Assembly (NCBI GenBank): GCA_903893545.1
Contig: CAITMJ010000034.1
Coordinates: forward strand, 14,315-78,314
Direction: 5' to 3'
Length of the DNA stretch: 64,000 bases
From: an uncultured Chlamydiae bacterium
GTDB lineage: Bacteria; Chlamydiota; Chlamydiia; Chlamydiales; SM23-39
Part shown: one piece after another, positions 28,311 through 37,106 of the stretch
Layout of the letters: each line of letters starts with the position of its first letter
Numbering within the stretch: position 1 is the stretch's first letter
Translations under genes and position numbers: made by a program
The notes under the pieces: generated by a model
Databases searched by the model: none
Told to the model about the DNA's origin: nothing
Seen by the model: only the letters and a program-made list of their open reading frames with translations

Positions 28311-30159
28311 GCAAGGATTCTTCGATCGAAGAATGGTTGAGAGGGAAAATTACTTCCAGTTGGTCTGACGCATAGATATTGGACGCGTTGGCAAAGCGAA
28401 AGTGATACTTCTCCTTAGCATTTTCTAAGGAAAATTCGAGAGGGGCGTGAGGGCCGTTATTGAGAACCGCCATGCGATGGGGAGACCTATCGGGAGCGAA
28501 GATCGACTGCCCATCAAATAGGTCTTTGAAATCAGTGCGGCCAGTCAGGTAATGGATAATCGAAGGGAAGATGTCGAGGTGGGTGCTGCAAGAGTCGAGA
28601 GGAACCCACGGATTGGTTTGGAACTTATAAAAAAGAGGCACGCTCGTCTGGTAATGATTGAGGTGGGTCCCATGAAAAATCGCCCCTTCCTCAAAGAACT
28701 CTTCTCCATGATCGCCTGTGATGGCGATGATCGATTGATCGTAGAGATTTTTCTCTTTTAGTTTGGCAAAAAAACTGCCCATCAAAGAGTCGATATAGCC
28801 GCAAGCGTTGCGGTAGCGGTTTTTGAGCGGTTCTACGCTTTCTTTTGTCAGCGTTAGATAATCGATTTCCTTAACAATGGGAGTGAATTTTAGAGGGAAA
28901 TCCGCAGGGAAGCTATATTCTGAGTGGGTGGCGTCGAAAAAAACGATGAAGACATTGCCAGAACGGGATTCTTCCTTGTCTAGTTGCATTGACAAAGCTT
29001 CGATCCCCATCCGATCTCGATCGCAAGGGTCAATGGATCGAATGTCTGTATACTCTTCAATATGATCAGCAAGCTCCCGATTTTTGCCGAAGAGGAGTCC
29101 ATCGAGTTGATAGTACTTTAAATCCGCCGATGAAAAGACCGAAATCTTGTACCCGAAGTCTTTGAGGATTTGAAGGGGGATACTTCCGTGGGTCCACTGA
29201 TCTCGCATCGTCGTCCAGTGATAGGGGAAATCGGAGTGAAAAATCGCAAACCAGGAAGGATGCGTGCAATTGGCATTGGAAAAGCTCTCTTTGAAAGAGA
29301 TATTTTCTTCCCCAAAACGAAACATCTCCGGCGTTATCTCTTCAGTAATGAAGTCTTTGCGCAGCGTTTCGATAACGAAGAGGTAAATATTGGGCTTGGA
29401 GGCGGCGAGTAGTTTTTTTTTCTCTTTGAACATCGCCGTATCCTGTTCATTTCTCGCCTCTGCAATCGATTTGTGTAAGGCAATGTAATTTGGAGTGGGC
29501 TGGAGGAAAGTAGATCCGAGGGGGAGCGCTTTTTGGTATTTTGTATAGGTTGTTCTGGGGATCAGCGGCTGAAAAAGAAGGTCGAGGGTAAAAAGAGCTG
29601 AGCCGATGACAAGAAGAGATAGGGTGAGCCGCGACATGGAAAATTTCCAGGGAATGAACCTTGAGAGGCGGTCTGTTGCGCAGTAAAAAGCAATCCCGAT
29701 AAAAGGGATGAGAACGATTGCGCCAAAGACAATCGCGACCATTACGCTATTTAAGTTGAGGCTTTGAAAGGCGGGGACAAGGTGAGAAAGGCCTGAACCG
29801 AAAAAATAGTGAAAGATATAAGAGATCGAGGCGTCCATGAGCCTTGCAATTGTAAAATCGGCAAAATGGGCGAGAAGCACCGCAAAAGAAAAGCCGATGA
29901 AGCTATAAAAAAGCCATCTTGGGACCCATCGTTTAAGAAGGCGCCCAAGAAGAAGGAGAATGCCCGCTTCTAAAAAACATTGGCCCAGCGCGTGGAGAAA
30001 GAAAAAAAGAGGGATGCCCGTAAAGGGAGTTTTCCAGACAAAGAAGTGGGAAACGCTCATGCCGAGGACAAGGAAAAGAAAGAAGCTAAAATAGACAGTA
30101 TTGACCTCTCCATTTTCTAAGGGGATGAGTTTTAGCAGCCACCGTCTAAATCTTGACAT
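28273..30159 (-). CDS. sulfatase/alkaline-phosphatase-superfamily membrane protein (LtaS / phosphoethanolamine-transferase-like)
   Basis: About 5 N-terminal TM helices, then a catalytic domain with IYLFVIETLRKDF and ITGDHGEEFFEEG. Confidence 0.7.
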   Translation of the reverse strand: MSRFRRWLLKLIPLENGEVNTVYFSFFLFLVLGMSVSHFFVWKTPFTGIPLFFFLHALGQCFLEAGILLLLGRLLKRWVPRWLFYSFIGFSFAVLLAHFADFTIARLMDASISYIFHYFFGSGLSHLVPAFQSLNLNSVMVAIVFGAIVLIPFIGIAFYCATDRLSRFIPWKFSMSRLTLSLLVIGSALFTLDLLFQPLIPRTTYTKYQKALPLGSTFLQPTPNYIALHKSIAEARNEQDTAMFKEKKKLLAASKPNIYLFVIETLRKDFITEEITPEMFRFGEENISFKESFSNANCTHPSWFAIFHSDFPYHWTTMRDQWTHGSIPLQILKDFGYKISVFSSADLKYYQLDGLLFGKNRELADHIEEYTDIRSIDPCDRDRMGIEALSMQLDKEESRSGNVFIVFFDATHSEYSFPADFPLKFTPIVKEIDYLTLTKESVEPLKNRYRNACGYIDSLMGSFFAKLKEKNLYDQSIIAITGDHGEEFFEEGAIFHGTHLNHYQTSVPLFYKFQTNPWVPLDSCSTHLDIFPSIIHYLTGRTDFKDLFDGQSIFAPDRSPHRMAVLNNGPHAPLEFSLENAKEKYHFRFANASNIYASDQLEVIFPLNHSSIEESLLRPIFSSYPDPY

Positions 30160-30194
30160 TTTTCTTAAAGAAGTTTTAATATTTCGTTAGATTT

Positions 30195-31577
30195 ATGATA
30201 AAGTTTTTCTTGATCATCTCTTCTCTTTGTGCCACGTTACACGGAACTTCGTCAAGCCCTGCCTTGCAGGAACCTGCTGCCGTGGTCATTTTAGGCGGTG
30301 GTGTCGGCGCTCTTACCTCTGCCATCTACCTGGCTAGAGCTGGCATTAAACCCATTGTAATTGAAGGGCCAACTCCTGGGGGACTCATCACACAGTCCCA
30401 TTCGGTACAAAATTGGCCGGGAGAACAGGAAATTACCGGCGCTGAGCTCGCTGAAAAAGTGAGAAAGCAGGCCGAGGGCAATGGCGCTATTTTGCTCCGC
30501 GAAGAAGTGATCGCTGTCGACTTCTCTAAACGCCCGTTTACCATTACCCTCAAAAATCTCGATGAGAACAATACGCACACTCTCTTTGCGACAAGCGTCA
30601 TCATTGCGATGGGGACGCGGCCCAATTTTCTTGCCATTCCCGGCGAGAGCGCATATTGGGGCCGCGGCGTCACGAACTGTGCGATTTGCGATGGCGCCCT
30701 CTATCGCGATTCTGTCGTTGGCGTTGTTGGCGGCGGCGATGCCGCAGTCATAGAAGCCCTTTACCTTTCCAATATCGCTCGGCAAGTCAACGTATTTGTG
30801 CGCAAAGATTCGTTTAGGGCTATTGAAGGCAAAAGGCTCGCTGCGCTGCTTGCAAAACCGAATGTCAAAGTCTTCTATCGCTCGACGGTGGAAGAAGTCC
30901 AAGGCAATGAGGAAAATGTCACGGGCGTTCTTCTCAAAACAGCGGGTAAGACGAGTCACCTTCCACTCGACGGCCTCTTTCTTGCGATCGGATCCAAGCC
31001 CAACTCTGAACTTTTTAAAAAAGCCCTTGCGCTCGATCCCGCAGGCTATATTCTTCTAAAAAAAGACCAAGAGACCTCGGTTGCCGGCATCTATGCGCTT
31101 GGCGATATCGTTGATCCCATCTATAAACAGGCGATTTCTGCCGCTGGCGATGGCGCAAAGGCCGCAATGCAGGCCCAGCAATACATCTCTGACTGGAAGG
31201 GAGGCATTGCATTGCAAACAATACCCACCTCATCTGCCCGTCCAAAGAGAGAAATGATCGAGATTACCAGCATGGAGCAGTTCCAAAAAGAGCTAAAGGC
31301 AAGTGAAGTTCCCGTGTTTGTCGACTTCTACGCCACTTGGTGCGGTCCTTGCAAGCAAATTACTCCTCGCATTGAAAGCTCAGCGACCGAGCTTGCTGGC
31401 CGTGTGAAATTCCTCAAAGTGAACGTCGATCAAGTTCACACGCTCCCCACCCTCTATCAAGTCCGCTCTATGCCGACAGCGCTTCTTTTCAATAAAGGAG
31501 GCCAAATCATCGAGAGAAAAGTGGGCTCCATCCAAATCCTCGACCTCCTCCAATCCCTCGAAAGCACCAATCGATAG
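30195..31577 (+). CDS. trxB: thioredoxin reductase fused to a C-terminal thioredoxin domain, with a hydrophobic N-terminal leader
   Basis: VVILGGGVGALTSAIYLARAG (FAD), CAIC at 30678-30689, VGGGDAAVIEALYLS (NADPH), then WCGPC at 31338-31352. The first 20 residues MIKFFLIISSLCATLHGTSS look like a signal or anchor. Confidence 0.85.
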   Translation: MIKFFLIISSLCATLHGTSSSPALQEPAAVVILGGGVGALTSAIYLARAGIKPIVIEGPTPGGLITQSHSVQNWPGEQEITGAELAEKVRKQAEGNGAILLREEVIAVDFSKRPFTITLKNLDENNTHTLFATSVIIAMGTRPNFLAIPGESAYWGRGVTNCAICDGALYRDSVVGVVGGGDAAVIEALYLSNIARQVNVFVRKDSFRAIEGKRLAALLAKPNVKVFYRSTVEEVQGNEENVTGVLLKTAGKTSHLPLDGLFLAIGSKPNSELFKKALALDPAGYILLKKDQETSVAGIYALGDIVDPIYKQAISAAGDGAKAAMQAQQYISDWKGGIALQTIPTSSARPKREMIEITSMEQFQKELKASEVPVFVDFYATWCGPCKQITPRIESSATELAGRVKFLKVNVDQVHTLPTLYQVRSMPTALLFNKGGQIIERKVGSIQILDLLQSLESTNR

Positions 31578-31584
31578 ATTTTTT

Positions 31585-31648
31585 AACCACAAGAGATAAG
31601 TAACCACAGAGGCGGGGGAAGTCCGCACCTGTGGTTACTTATCTCTTG
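31585..31648. repeat. REP-like palindromic element, copy 1 (also a bidirectional terminator-type hairpin)
   Basis: Perfect 20-bp stem: CAAGAGATAAGTAACCACAG (31590-31609) pairs with CTGTGGTTACTTATCTCTTG (31629-31648). The loop contains GCGGGGGAAGTCCGC. It lies between the convergent trxB fusion and sctO. Confidence 0.85.
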
Positions 31649-31658
31649 AGGTGAATTT

Positions 31659-32189
31659 TTAGGAGTCGCTGTTGTCGTGTTTGCGGCGCTCTTCTTCTTC
31701 GCGGCGGCGACGCAGGAAGGTCGCAGAGCCTTGCTCGTCTTGCTCAAGAGTCTCTTTCTGCGTCGTCCAGTAGCGCACTTCTTTTTCCCACTCGGCTTTG
31801 TGTATCTCGAGCTTTTCGAGATCTTTTTGCCGTTGGAACATTTCTTGGGTGGCAAGATCGACTTGCTTCTGGGCTAGATCGACTTGTTTTTTTTGCGCTG
31901 CTAGTTTTCGTTCCTTGTCAGCGAGCTTTTCATCGACGACTTTCAGATATGCTTTCATCTGCTGCACTTTATCGGAAGTGGTCCCTTCATCAAGGGCCTT
32001 GCGCAGTTGGGTGAGCTTATCGACTTTATGCTGGAATGCTTTGTTGCGCTCTTCTTGGCACTCTTGGAGCTTTTTTTGCGCTTTTGCAAGGAGCTCTTTT
32101 TTTTCTTCGAGGATTTTGATCGCCTGCTCGAAGCGATTTTTTTTGATGATGAGGAGCTGCGCAAGGGGATAGCTTAATGGCGCGGTCAT
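31659..32189 (-). CDS. sctO: type III secretion stalk protein SctO (CdsO/YscO-like)
   Basis: 176 aa, highly charged coiled coil. 4-nt overlap with the upstream sctN, the conserved position of YscO/CdsO. Confidence 0.65.
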   Translation of the reverse strand: MTAPLSYPLAQLLIIKKNRFEQAIKILEEKKELLAKAQKKLQECQEERNKAFQHKVDKLTQLRKALDEGTTSDKVQQMKAYLKVVDEKLADKERKLAAQKKQVDLAQKQVDLATQEMFQRQKDLEKLEIHKAEWEKEVRYWTTQKETLEQDEQGSATFLRRRREEEERRKHDNSDS

Positions 32190-33502
32190 AAAAATAGGCT
32201 TTTTAACTGCCGAAGAGAATCTTCCATCGGAGCTTTGTCTTCGATTTGCTGCCGGAGGAAGCGGTTGACTTTGTCGATGTATTTGAGCGCAAAATCGGCA
32301 TTTTTGTCAGAACCTGCTTTATATTCGCCGATGCGGATGAGAAGTTCGTTTTTCTTATAATTTGCAAGCACTTCGCGGACTTTGCCAATTAGATCGAGTT
32401 GCTGTTTGTCGACGATTTGCGTGAGAACTCGGCTGATTGAGGTGAGAATATCAATCGCAGGGTAGTGGTATTGCTCTGCAAGGGCAGAGGAGAGAATAAT
32501 ATGCCCATCGAGGATCGAGCGAACTTCATCGGCAACCGGCTCATTTAAATCATCGCCCGCGACGAGGATGGTGTAAAAGGCGGTGATGGAGCCTTTTTCT
32601 GAATTGCCCGATCTTTCGAGAAGACGGGGCAGAGTTGCAAAGACTGAAGGGGTGTATCCGGCTCTTGCAGGAGGCTCGCCAGCGGCAAGGCCAATCTCTC
32701 GAAGAGCTCTTGCGTAGCGGGTAATGGAGTCCATCATTAAAATCACAGACTTCCCTTGATTGCGGAAATATTCTGCGATCGCAGTGCCCACATAGGCCGC
32801 ATTGATCCTCATTTGGGCCGCTTGATCAGAAGTAGAGACGATGATCACCGATCGCTTCATCCCTTCTGTCCCGAGGTCATTGACGAGAAACTCGCGCACT
32901 TCTCGGCCCCGCTCGCCGATGAGGGAGATCACGTTGATATCGGCCACTGCATTGCGCGCGATCATGCCGAGGAGGGTCGATTTTCCGATCCCAGCTGCGG
33001 AGAAGATGCCGACTCTTTGCCCTTTACCGACAGTCAAGATGGTATCGATCGCCCGCACTCCGACGCTTAAAGGTTTTGAGATCAGCGGTCTTTTGAGCGG
33101 ATCAGGAGGCGTATTATACACGGGAAAGGTCTCTTCTGCGTGCAGCGGCCCTTTTGTATCTTCATCGAGCGGTTTTCCCAGGCCATTGAGCACACGGCCG
33201 AGAAGGTGTGGCCCTACTTTGATGTGCATTGGCATCCGCATCGGGATCACTTCTGAAGAAGGACCGATGCCCGCCATATCGCCAAGCGGCGAGAGAAGCA
33301 CCTCGTCTTTTGTAAATCCGACGACTTCAGCGGCAAGAGGCTCCCCTTTTCTCTTAATTAAGCAAACCTCTCCCATTTTTACCTGGGGCACTATCGCGCG
33401 AATGAGCATCCCGATTACTTCGGTAATGCGCCCATGCACGGTTGTCAGTTCGACCTCTTCGAGATGGGAGATCAGTTTATCGAAAGAGGGGGACTCGTCC
33501 AT
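32186..33502 (-). CDS. sctN: type III secretion ATPase SctN (CdsN)
   Basis: 438 aa. Walker A GIFSAAGIGKSTLLGMIA, Walker B VILMMDSITRYA, GSITAFYTILV; FliI/YscN family. Confidence 0.95.
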   Translation of the reverse strand: MDESPSFDKLISHLEEVELTTVHGRITEVIGMLIRAIVPQVKMGEVCLIKRKGEPLAAEVVGFTKDEVLLSPLGDMAGIGPSSEVIPMRMPMHIKVGPHLLGRVLNGLGKPLDEDTKGPLHAEETFPVYNTPPDPLKRPLISKPLSVGVRAIDTILTVGKGQRVGIFSAAGIGKSTLLGMIARNAVADINVISLIGERGREVREFLVNDLGTEGMKRSVIIVSTSDQAAQMRINAAYVGTAIAEYFRNQGKSVILMMDSITRYARALREIGLAAGEPPARAGYTPSVFATLPRLLERSGNSEKGSITAFYTILVAGDDLNEPVADEVRSILDGHIILSSALAEQYHYPAIDILTSISRVLTQIVDKQQLDLIGKVREVLANYKKNELLIRIGEYKAGSDKNADFALKYIDKVNRFLRQQIEDKAPMEDSLRQLKSLFL

Positions 33503-33642
33503 GAAACTATTCCACTATTAAGGGTTTCAATGATTTTAGAAGTTTTTGAGCAGATTTCAAAGGCCCTGCAAGGGTTTCCATTTTGAGGTCCAGGTTAGAG
33601 GGTGTCTGCAAACTCAGGCTTCGTCATAGTGGAATAGTCTCA

Positions 33643-34299
33643 TTATAATTGCGTATTGAGGATTTGTTTCATTGCATCGATGACTTTACTAAGAAGCGTC
33701 GATGAAAACTCAATCTCTTGCTGCGCTTGGTTCATTTTGATTTGTATATACATCATATCGCCTGGGCGGAGCTGGCCAGGGCTATCAGAGAGGGTCTTGA
33801 TCTGACTTTGAACAGCTACAAGATCGTCTTGCCCCTGACCGATCATCCCGAGAAAGCGGTTTAAAGGACCAGTGCTTTCTTGGGCCGATTGCGCATTCGG
33901 TTCGGGGACTCCCAGCCGATTTCCAGCGGAGCGAATATGATCATTCGCATCTTGTAACTTGTGCTTGAGAAGCTGGGAGTGGGAGCGCTTGAGCTTGAGA
34001 TTGGGGTCTTTCAGTTGCTGGCCAATCGTTCCCAGGCCGTCTTGCGAAGACTTGGCTTGGGAAAGAAGACTATCAAAAGAAGGTCCTGCTGTCTGCATGG
34101 GCGGCTTGGCCAGATCGAGCGGAGTCGGCGTCTGGGTCGGTCCTACTTGCGCCGCAGGAATTCCTCCCTTTTGCTGAGCCGTCCCTTGCATATAGGATTC
34201 GAACGTAGAGGGCTGGCCGAGTCCCGCCGGTTTTTCAGATTCAACGGGGATTTTTCCCGTGACGCTGTCCGGAACTCTGGTTGGATTGATCTCCGCCAT
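33643..34299 (-). CDS. T3SS-associated protein in the CT668 position; the C-terminus resembles the inner-rod SctI family
   Basis: 218 aa. Pro/Gln-rich disordered N-terminal half. The C-terminal MMYIQIKMNQAQQEIEFSSTLLSKVIDAMKQILNTQL fits the SctI-type pattern as I recall it. Confidence 0.4.
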   Translation of the reverse strand: MAEINPTRVPDSVTGKIPVESEKPAGLGQPSTFESYMQGTAQQKGGIPAAQVGPTQTPTPLDLAKPPMQTAGPSFDSLLSQAKSSQDGLGTIGQQLKDPNLKLKRSHSQLLKHKLQDANDHIRSAGNRLGVPEPNAQSAQESTGPLNRFLGMIGQGQDDLVAVQSQIKTLSDSPGQLRPGDMMYIQIKMNQAQQEIEFSSTLLSKVIDAMKQILNTQL

Positions 34300-34302
34300 G
34301 GT

Positions 34303-34734
34303 TTACGGTCTCTTATTGCTTTTTCCAGCAGGGCCAGGTGTTTTTTTAATGAAGCGCTCGACAAAATCAATCGCCGTCTCTGAAAGCGAGTTAATGCCAA
34401 ACTCTTTTGACTTATGCGTTTCCTTGAGGATTTTTTCCCCTTTGTCAACGGTACTTGGCTGCATGCTTAGAGCAATCCCTAAAAATGCTTTTGCCATATG
34501 GTTGTTGGGCTCTTGGTCGAGAATGTCCTCAAAGGCTTTGCAAGCTTGTTTTAACTCGAGCTTATGGAGATGGAGATATCCACGCCCAAGTTTTGGCAAT
34601 GCATTTTGAGGCTCTAACTGCTCAGCTGCTGCAAAGAGCTTGTTGGCAGAGTCTTCGTCGGCCTGATTGACCGCGATATATCCCGCTTCGAGAAATAACG
34701 TAAAATCTTCTCTGTATTTTTTCGGCGTTGTCAT
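34303..34734 (-). CDS. TPR-like needle co-chaperone (CdsG/YscG-like)
   Basis: 143 aa. TPR-like helices (ANKLFAAAEQLEPQNALPKLGRGYLHLHKLELKQACKAFEDILDQEPNN). Directly downstream of the needle gene. Confidence 0.5.
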   Translation of the reverse strand: MTTPKKYREDFTLFLEAGYIAVNQADEDSANKLFAAAEQLEPQNALPKLGRGYLHLHKLELKQACKAFEDILDQEPNNHMAKAFLGIALSMQPSTVDKGEKILKETHKSKEFGINSLSETAIDFVERFIKKTPGPAGKSNKRP

Positions 34735-34752
34735 AAATTAATTCCTTATCTG

Positions 34753-35010
34753 TTACTGAGACTTCTGGTTTCTCACAGCGTTATTAATAACGGAGTTCAC
34801 CTGTCCGATTAGGTTTGAGATCGATTCGCCGATCTGCGTCACTTGGCTCATCTGGAACTGAACCAAAATAAATGAACCGGGTGTCGCTTGGCTCATATTG
34901 GTAGCCAATACTCTGACCTGCGAGACAAGACTCGATTGCAAGGTTTGATAGTTCTTAATCAAAGTAGCGAAAGAGAGTGTTGCCTTAGTTGTTTCTGGTG
35001 TGCTGCCCAT
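34753..35010 (-). CDS. sctF: type III secretion needle subunit SctF (CdsF)
   Basis: 85 aa, two-helix hairpin type. The C-terminal ISNLIGQVNSVINNAVRNQ is typical of needle subunits. Flanked by YscE-like and YscG-like genes. Confidence 0.75.
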   Translation of the reverse strand: MGSTPETTKATLSFATLIKNYQTLQSSLVSQVRVLATNMSQATPGSFILVQFQMSQVTQIGESISNLIGQVNSVINNAVRNQKSQ

Positions 35011-35019
35011 ATGAACTCC

Positions 35020-35250
35020 TTATTTCATTACTTTTTTTAAGACTTTTTGCAAAGACGCATAGCCGTTGAGCAAGATGCCGAGCTGGTCAAAATTTTTTGA
35101 CTCAACTCCTTCTCGGAGCTGCTTTTTGATATCCAAAATGCGCTGCTCTATTTTTTCTAACATTTTTTTTCCTTGAGCGGGACTTTCTTTGATTTCTTTT
35201 TCAAGGTCAAAGGCAAATTTCGCTTTAGGCTCTTTTCCTAAACCATACAT
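35020..35250 (-). CDS. small helical needle co-chaperone (CdsE/YscE-like)
   Basis: 76 aa, all-helical. Position between sctD and sctF. Confidence 0.5.
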   Translation of the reverse strand: MYGLGKEPKAKFAFDLEKEIKESPAQGKKMLEKIEQRILDIKKQLREGVESKNFDQLGILLNGYASLQKVLKKVMK

Positions 35251-35282
35251 ATGATTGTCCTCATTTATACATAACGTGTTCT

Positions 35283-37106
35283 CTATCTATAATCGATTCT
35301 ATATTTTAATCCATCTTTTTCTAGTAAAATCATCGTTCGATCGATGGATGTAATTTCCATGCCGTCGACTAAATCTCCAACTGTATAAATCTTTCCGTTC
35401 AATATGGCGCTAAAGCCATGCCCTTCATACACAGAAGATCCTGAGACCTGGTATTGCTCTGTGATATTGACCCCAGCGGCATTGACCGATGAGGCGATTG
35501 CAAGATTTTTGACCGACGAGATTCCCGGTGTTACATGGAAGGCTTTGAGCAGTTCGTCATATTCTGTTTCCATTTTGCTGTTATAGCCACCGCTTAAGAC
35601 GAGCTGCCCGCCTGCGATTTGGAAGGAAACAGCGCCAAATCCTTTTGCGACCAGCATGCTCTGCACTTCGATCATGAGAGTATCTTCTACTACGATATGA
35701 TTTTCCAGCCTGTCGAGGTAGGGGAAATTCACAGTGAGATATTCCCATAAACTAATTGCATCTTGGGCCGTCTGTACGTAGCCATTGACTGAGAAGCGAC
35801 CCGCTTTTGGAGAGTGGATGCTGATACCTCTCCATGCAGTATAGCTATTTAAGACGTCGTTGACAGACTTCCATACAAATTCATCGATGACCACTGTATT
35901 TTCCATCGACTGGATAAACGCAATTTGTTGCAATTTGAACACCATTTCCTGGTATTCGACAGCGGTCAGTACATGGCCGACTAAAAAGAGCTTGCCACTC
36001 GCTGGATTGAAGGAAAATTGGACATCTTTATTTTGGGCTAAAGCATCTTTGATCTTACCAGCCGGCTCTTTTTGCACCAGTTCGATCGATTCAGACTTAA
36101 ATAGGGAAAAAAAGCTGACTGCGACGATTAAGGTGGTGAGCGCAAAGGAAGCGGCCAAGACGAGATGCTTAGTCGGAAGGGGCTTTTTTTTCCAATCCAT
36201 ATCTCTGGGAAGCGCGGCGGCCTCCTGCAGAACTTCCATAGGGGATTCAGTCGATCTCGGCCCTTCATAAGAGGGGATCATTGGAGAATAGAGCGTCTCT
36301 TGTGGAGCTTCCCGATCGATGACCAAAAAGACGGTCGTTCCGAGCGAGATGAGATCTTGCGGCGTGATGATCATCTTCTCTCCCAAAATCTGGCCATTGA
36401 CAAGGGTGCCATTTTTTGATCCGAGATCTTCGAGCTCGATCTCTCCGTCGAGGCTCACACTCAGGCGCGCGTGGTTTCTCGAAACGCTTAAATCTTGAAA
36501 GACGATATCGCAAGTATTTGGGTCTTTCCCGATCACATAGGTACGCCCCTTTTCGATGCCGATCTCAGCTCCGGCATTCGGACCGGAGAGGACTTTTAGC
36601 AAAAGGGTTGCCGGTTGCAACAGATTATAGGGGATTTCTGCAGGCGCTTCGACATCCTCAAAGATCGTATCGTATGCTGTGTTTTCTTCGCCGCCCATCG
36701 CCTGCAGCTCTTTTTCCTTTTCTTCTTCGACGCGGGAAGGGGGAGGGGGCTCTTCTAAATCGCCAAACACCTCGTCATAGGCTTTCTTCTTTTTTGTAAC
36801 GGAGTTTTCTTCTGTAGAAAAGAGAAAGGTCGTATGTCCAATCTGGACCGAATCGCCCTCTTGCAGTAGCACCCGCTCATCGTGCTCTTGGCCGTTGATC
36901 AGGACGGGATTGGTCTGGCTTAAATTTTGAAGAAAAATCCCCTGCGGCTGCTTTGTAATGCGGGCGTGTTGCCGAGAAACTGTCGAATCTTCAATGACAA
37001 AATCGGCTACATCGGGATCTCTTCCGATCACCCAGTCTTCGCCCTCTTCAAAGTTAAGAATAAGACCGCGGTGCGGCCCTTCTTTGACAATTAAATGCGC
37101 TGGCAT
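35283..37106 (-). CDS. sctD: type III secretion inner-membrane ring protein SctD (CdsD) with two N-terminal FHA domains
   Basis: FHA 1: WVIGRDPDVADFVIEDSTVSRQHARI...NPVLINGQ. FHA 2: YVIGKDPNTCDIVFQDLSVSRNHARL...NGTLVNGQ. Single TM helix HLVLAASFALTTLIVAVSFFSLF, then a periplasmic YscD-like region. Confidence 0.85.
   Translation of the reverse strand: MPAHLIVKEGPHRGLILNFEEGEDWVIGRDPDVADFVIEDSTVSRQHARITKQPQGIFLQNLSQTNPVLINGQEHDERVLLQEGDSVQIGHTTFLFSTEENSVTKKKKAYDEVFGDLEEPPPPSRVEEEKEKELQAMGGEENTAYDTIFEDVEAPAEIPYNLLQPATLLLKVLSGPNAGAEIGIEKGRTYVIGKDPNTCDIVFQDLSVSRNHARLSVSLDGEIELEDLGSKNGTLVNGQILGEKMIITPQDLISLGTTVFLVIDREAPQETLYSPMIPSYEGPRSTESPMEVLQEAAALPRDMDWKKKPLPTKHLVLAASFALTTLIVAVSFFSLFKSESIELVQKEPAGKIKDALAQNKDVQFSFNPASGKLFLVGHVLTAVEYQEMVFKLQQIAFIQSMENTVVIDEFVWKSVNDVLNSYTAWRGISIHSPKAGRFSVNGYVQTAQDAISLWEYLTVNFPYLDRLENHIVVEDTLMIEVQSMLVAKGFGAVSFQIAGGQLVLSGGYNSKMETEYDELLKAFHVTPGISSVKNLAIASSVNAAGVNITEQYQVSGSSVYEGHGFSAILNGKIYTVGDLVDGMEITSIDRTMILLEKDGLKYRIDYR

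Noticed and set aside
31583-32172. Alternative-frame ORFs over sctO (31583-31855 and 31955-32164 minus; 31677-31877 and 31798-32172 plus), very Lys/Ser/Arg-rich
   Set aside because: These are frame shadows of the charged coiled-coil gene. The sctO frame is translationally coupled to sctN by a 4-nt overlap.
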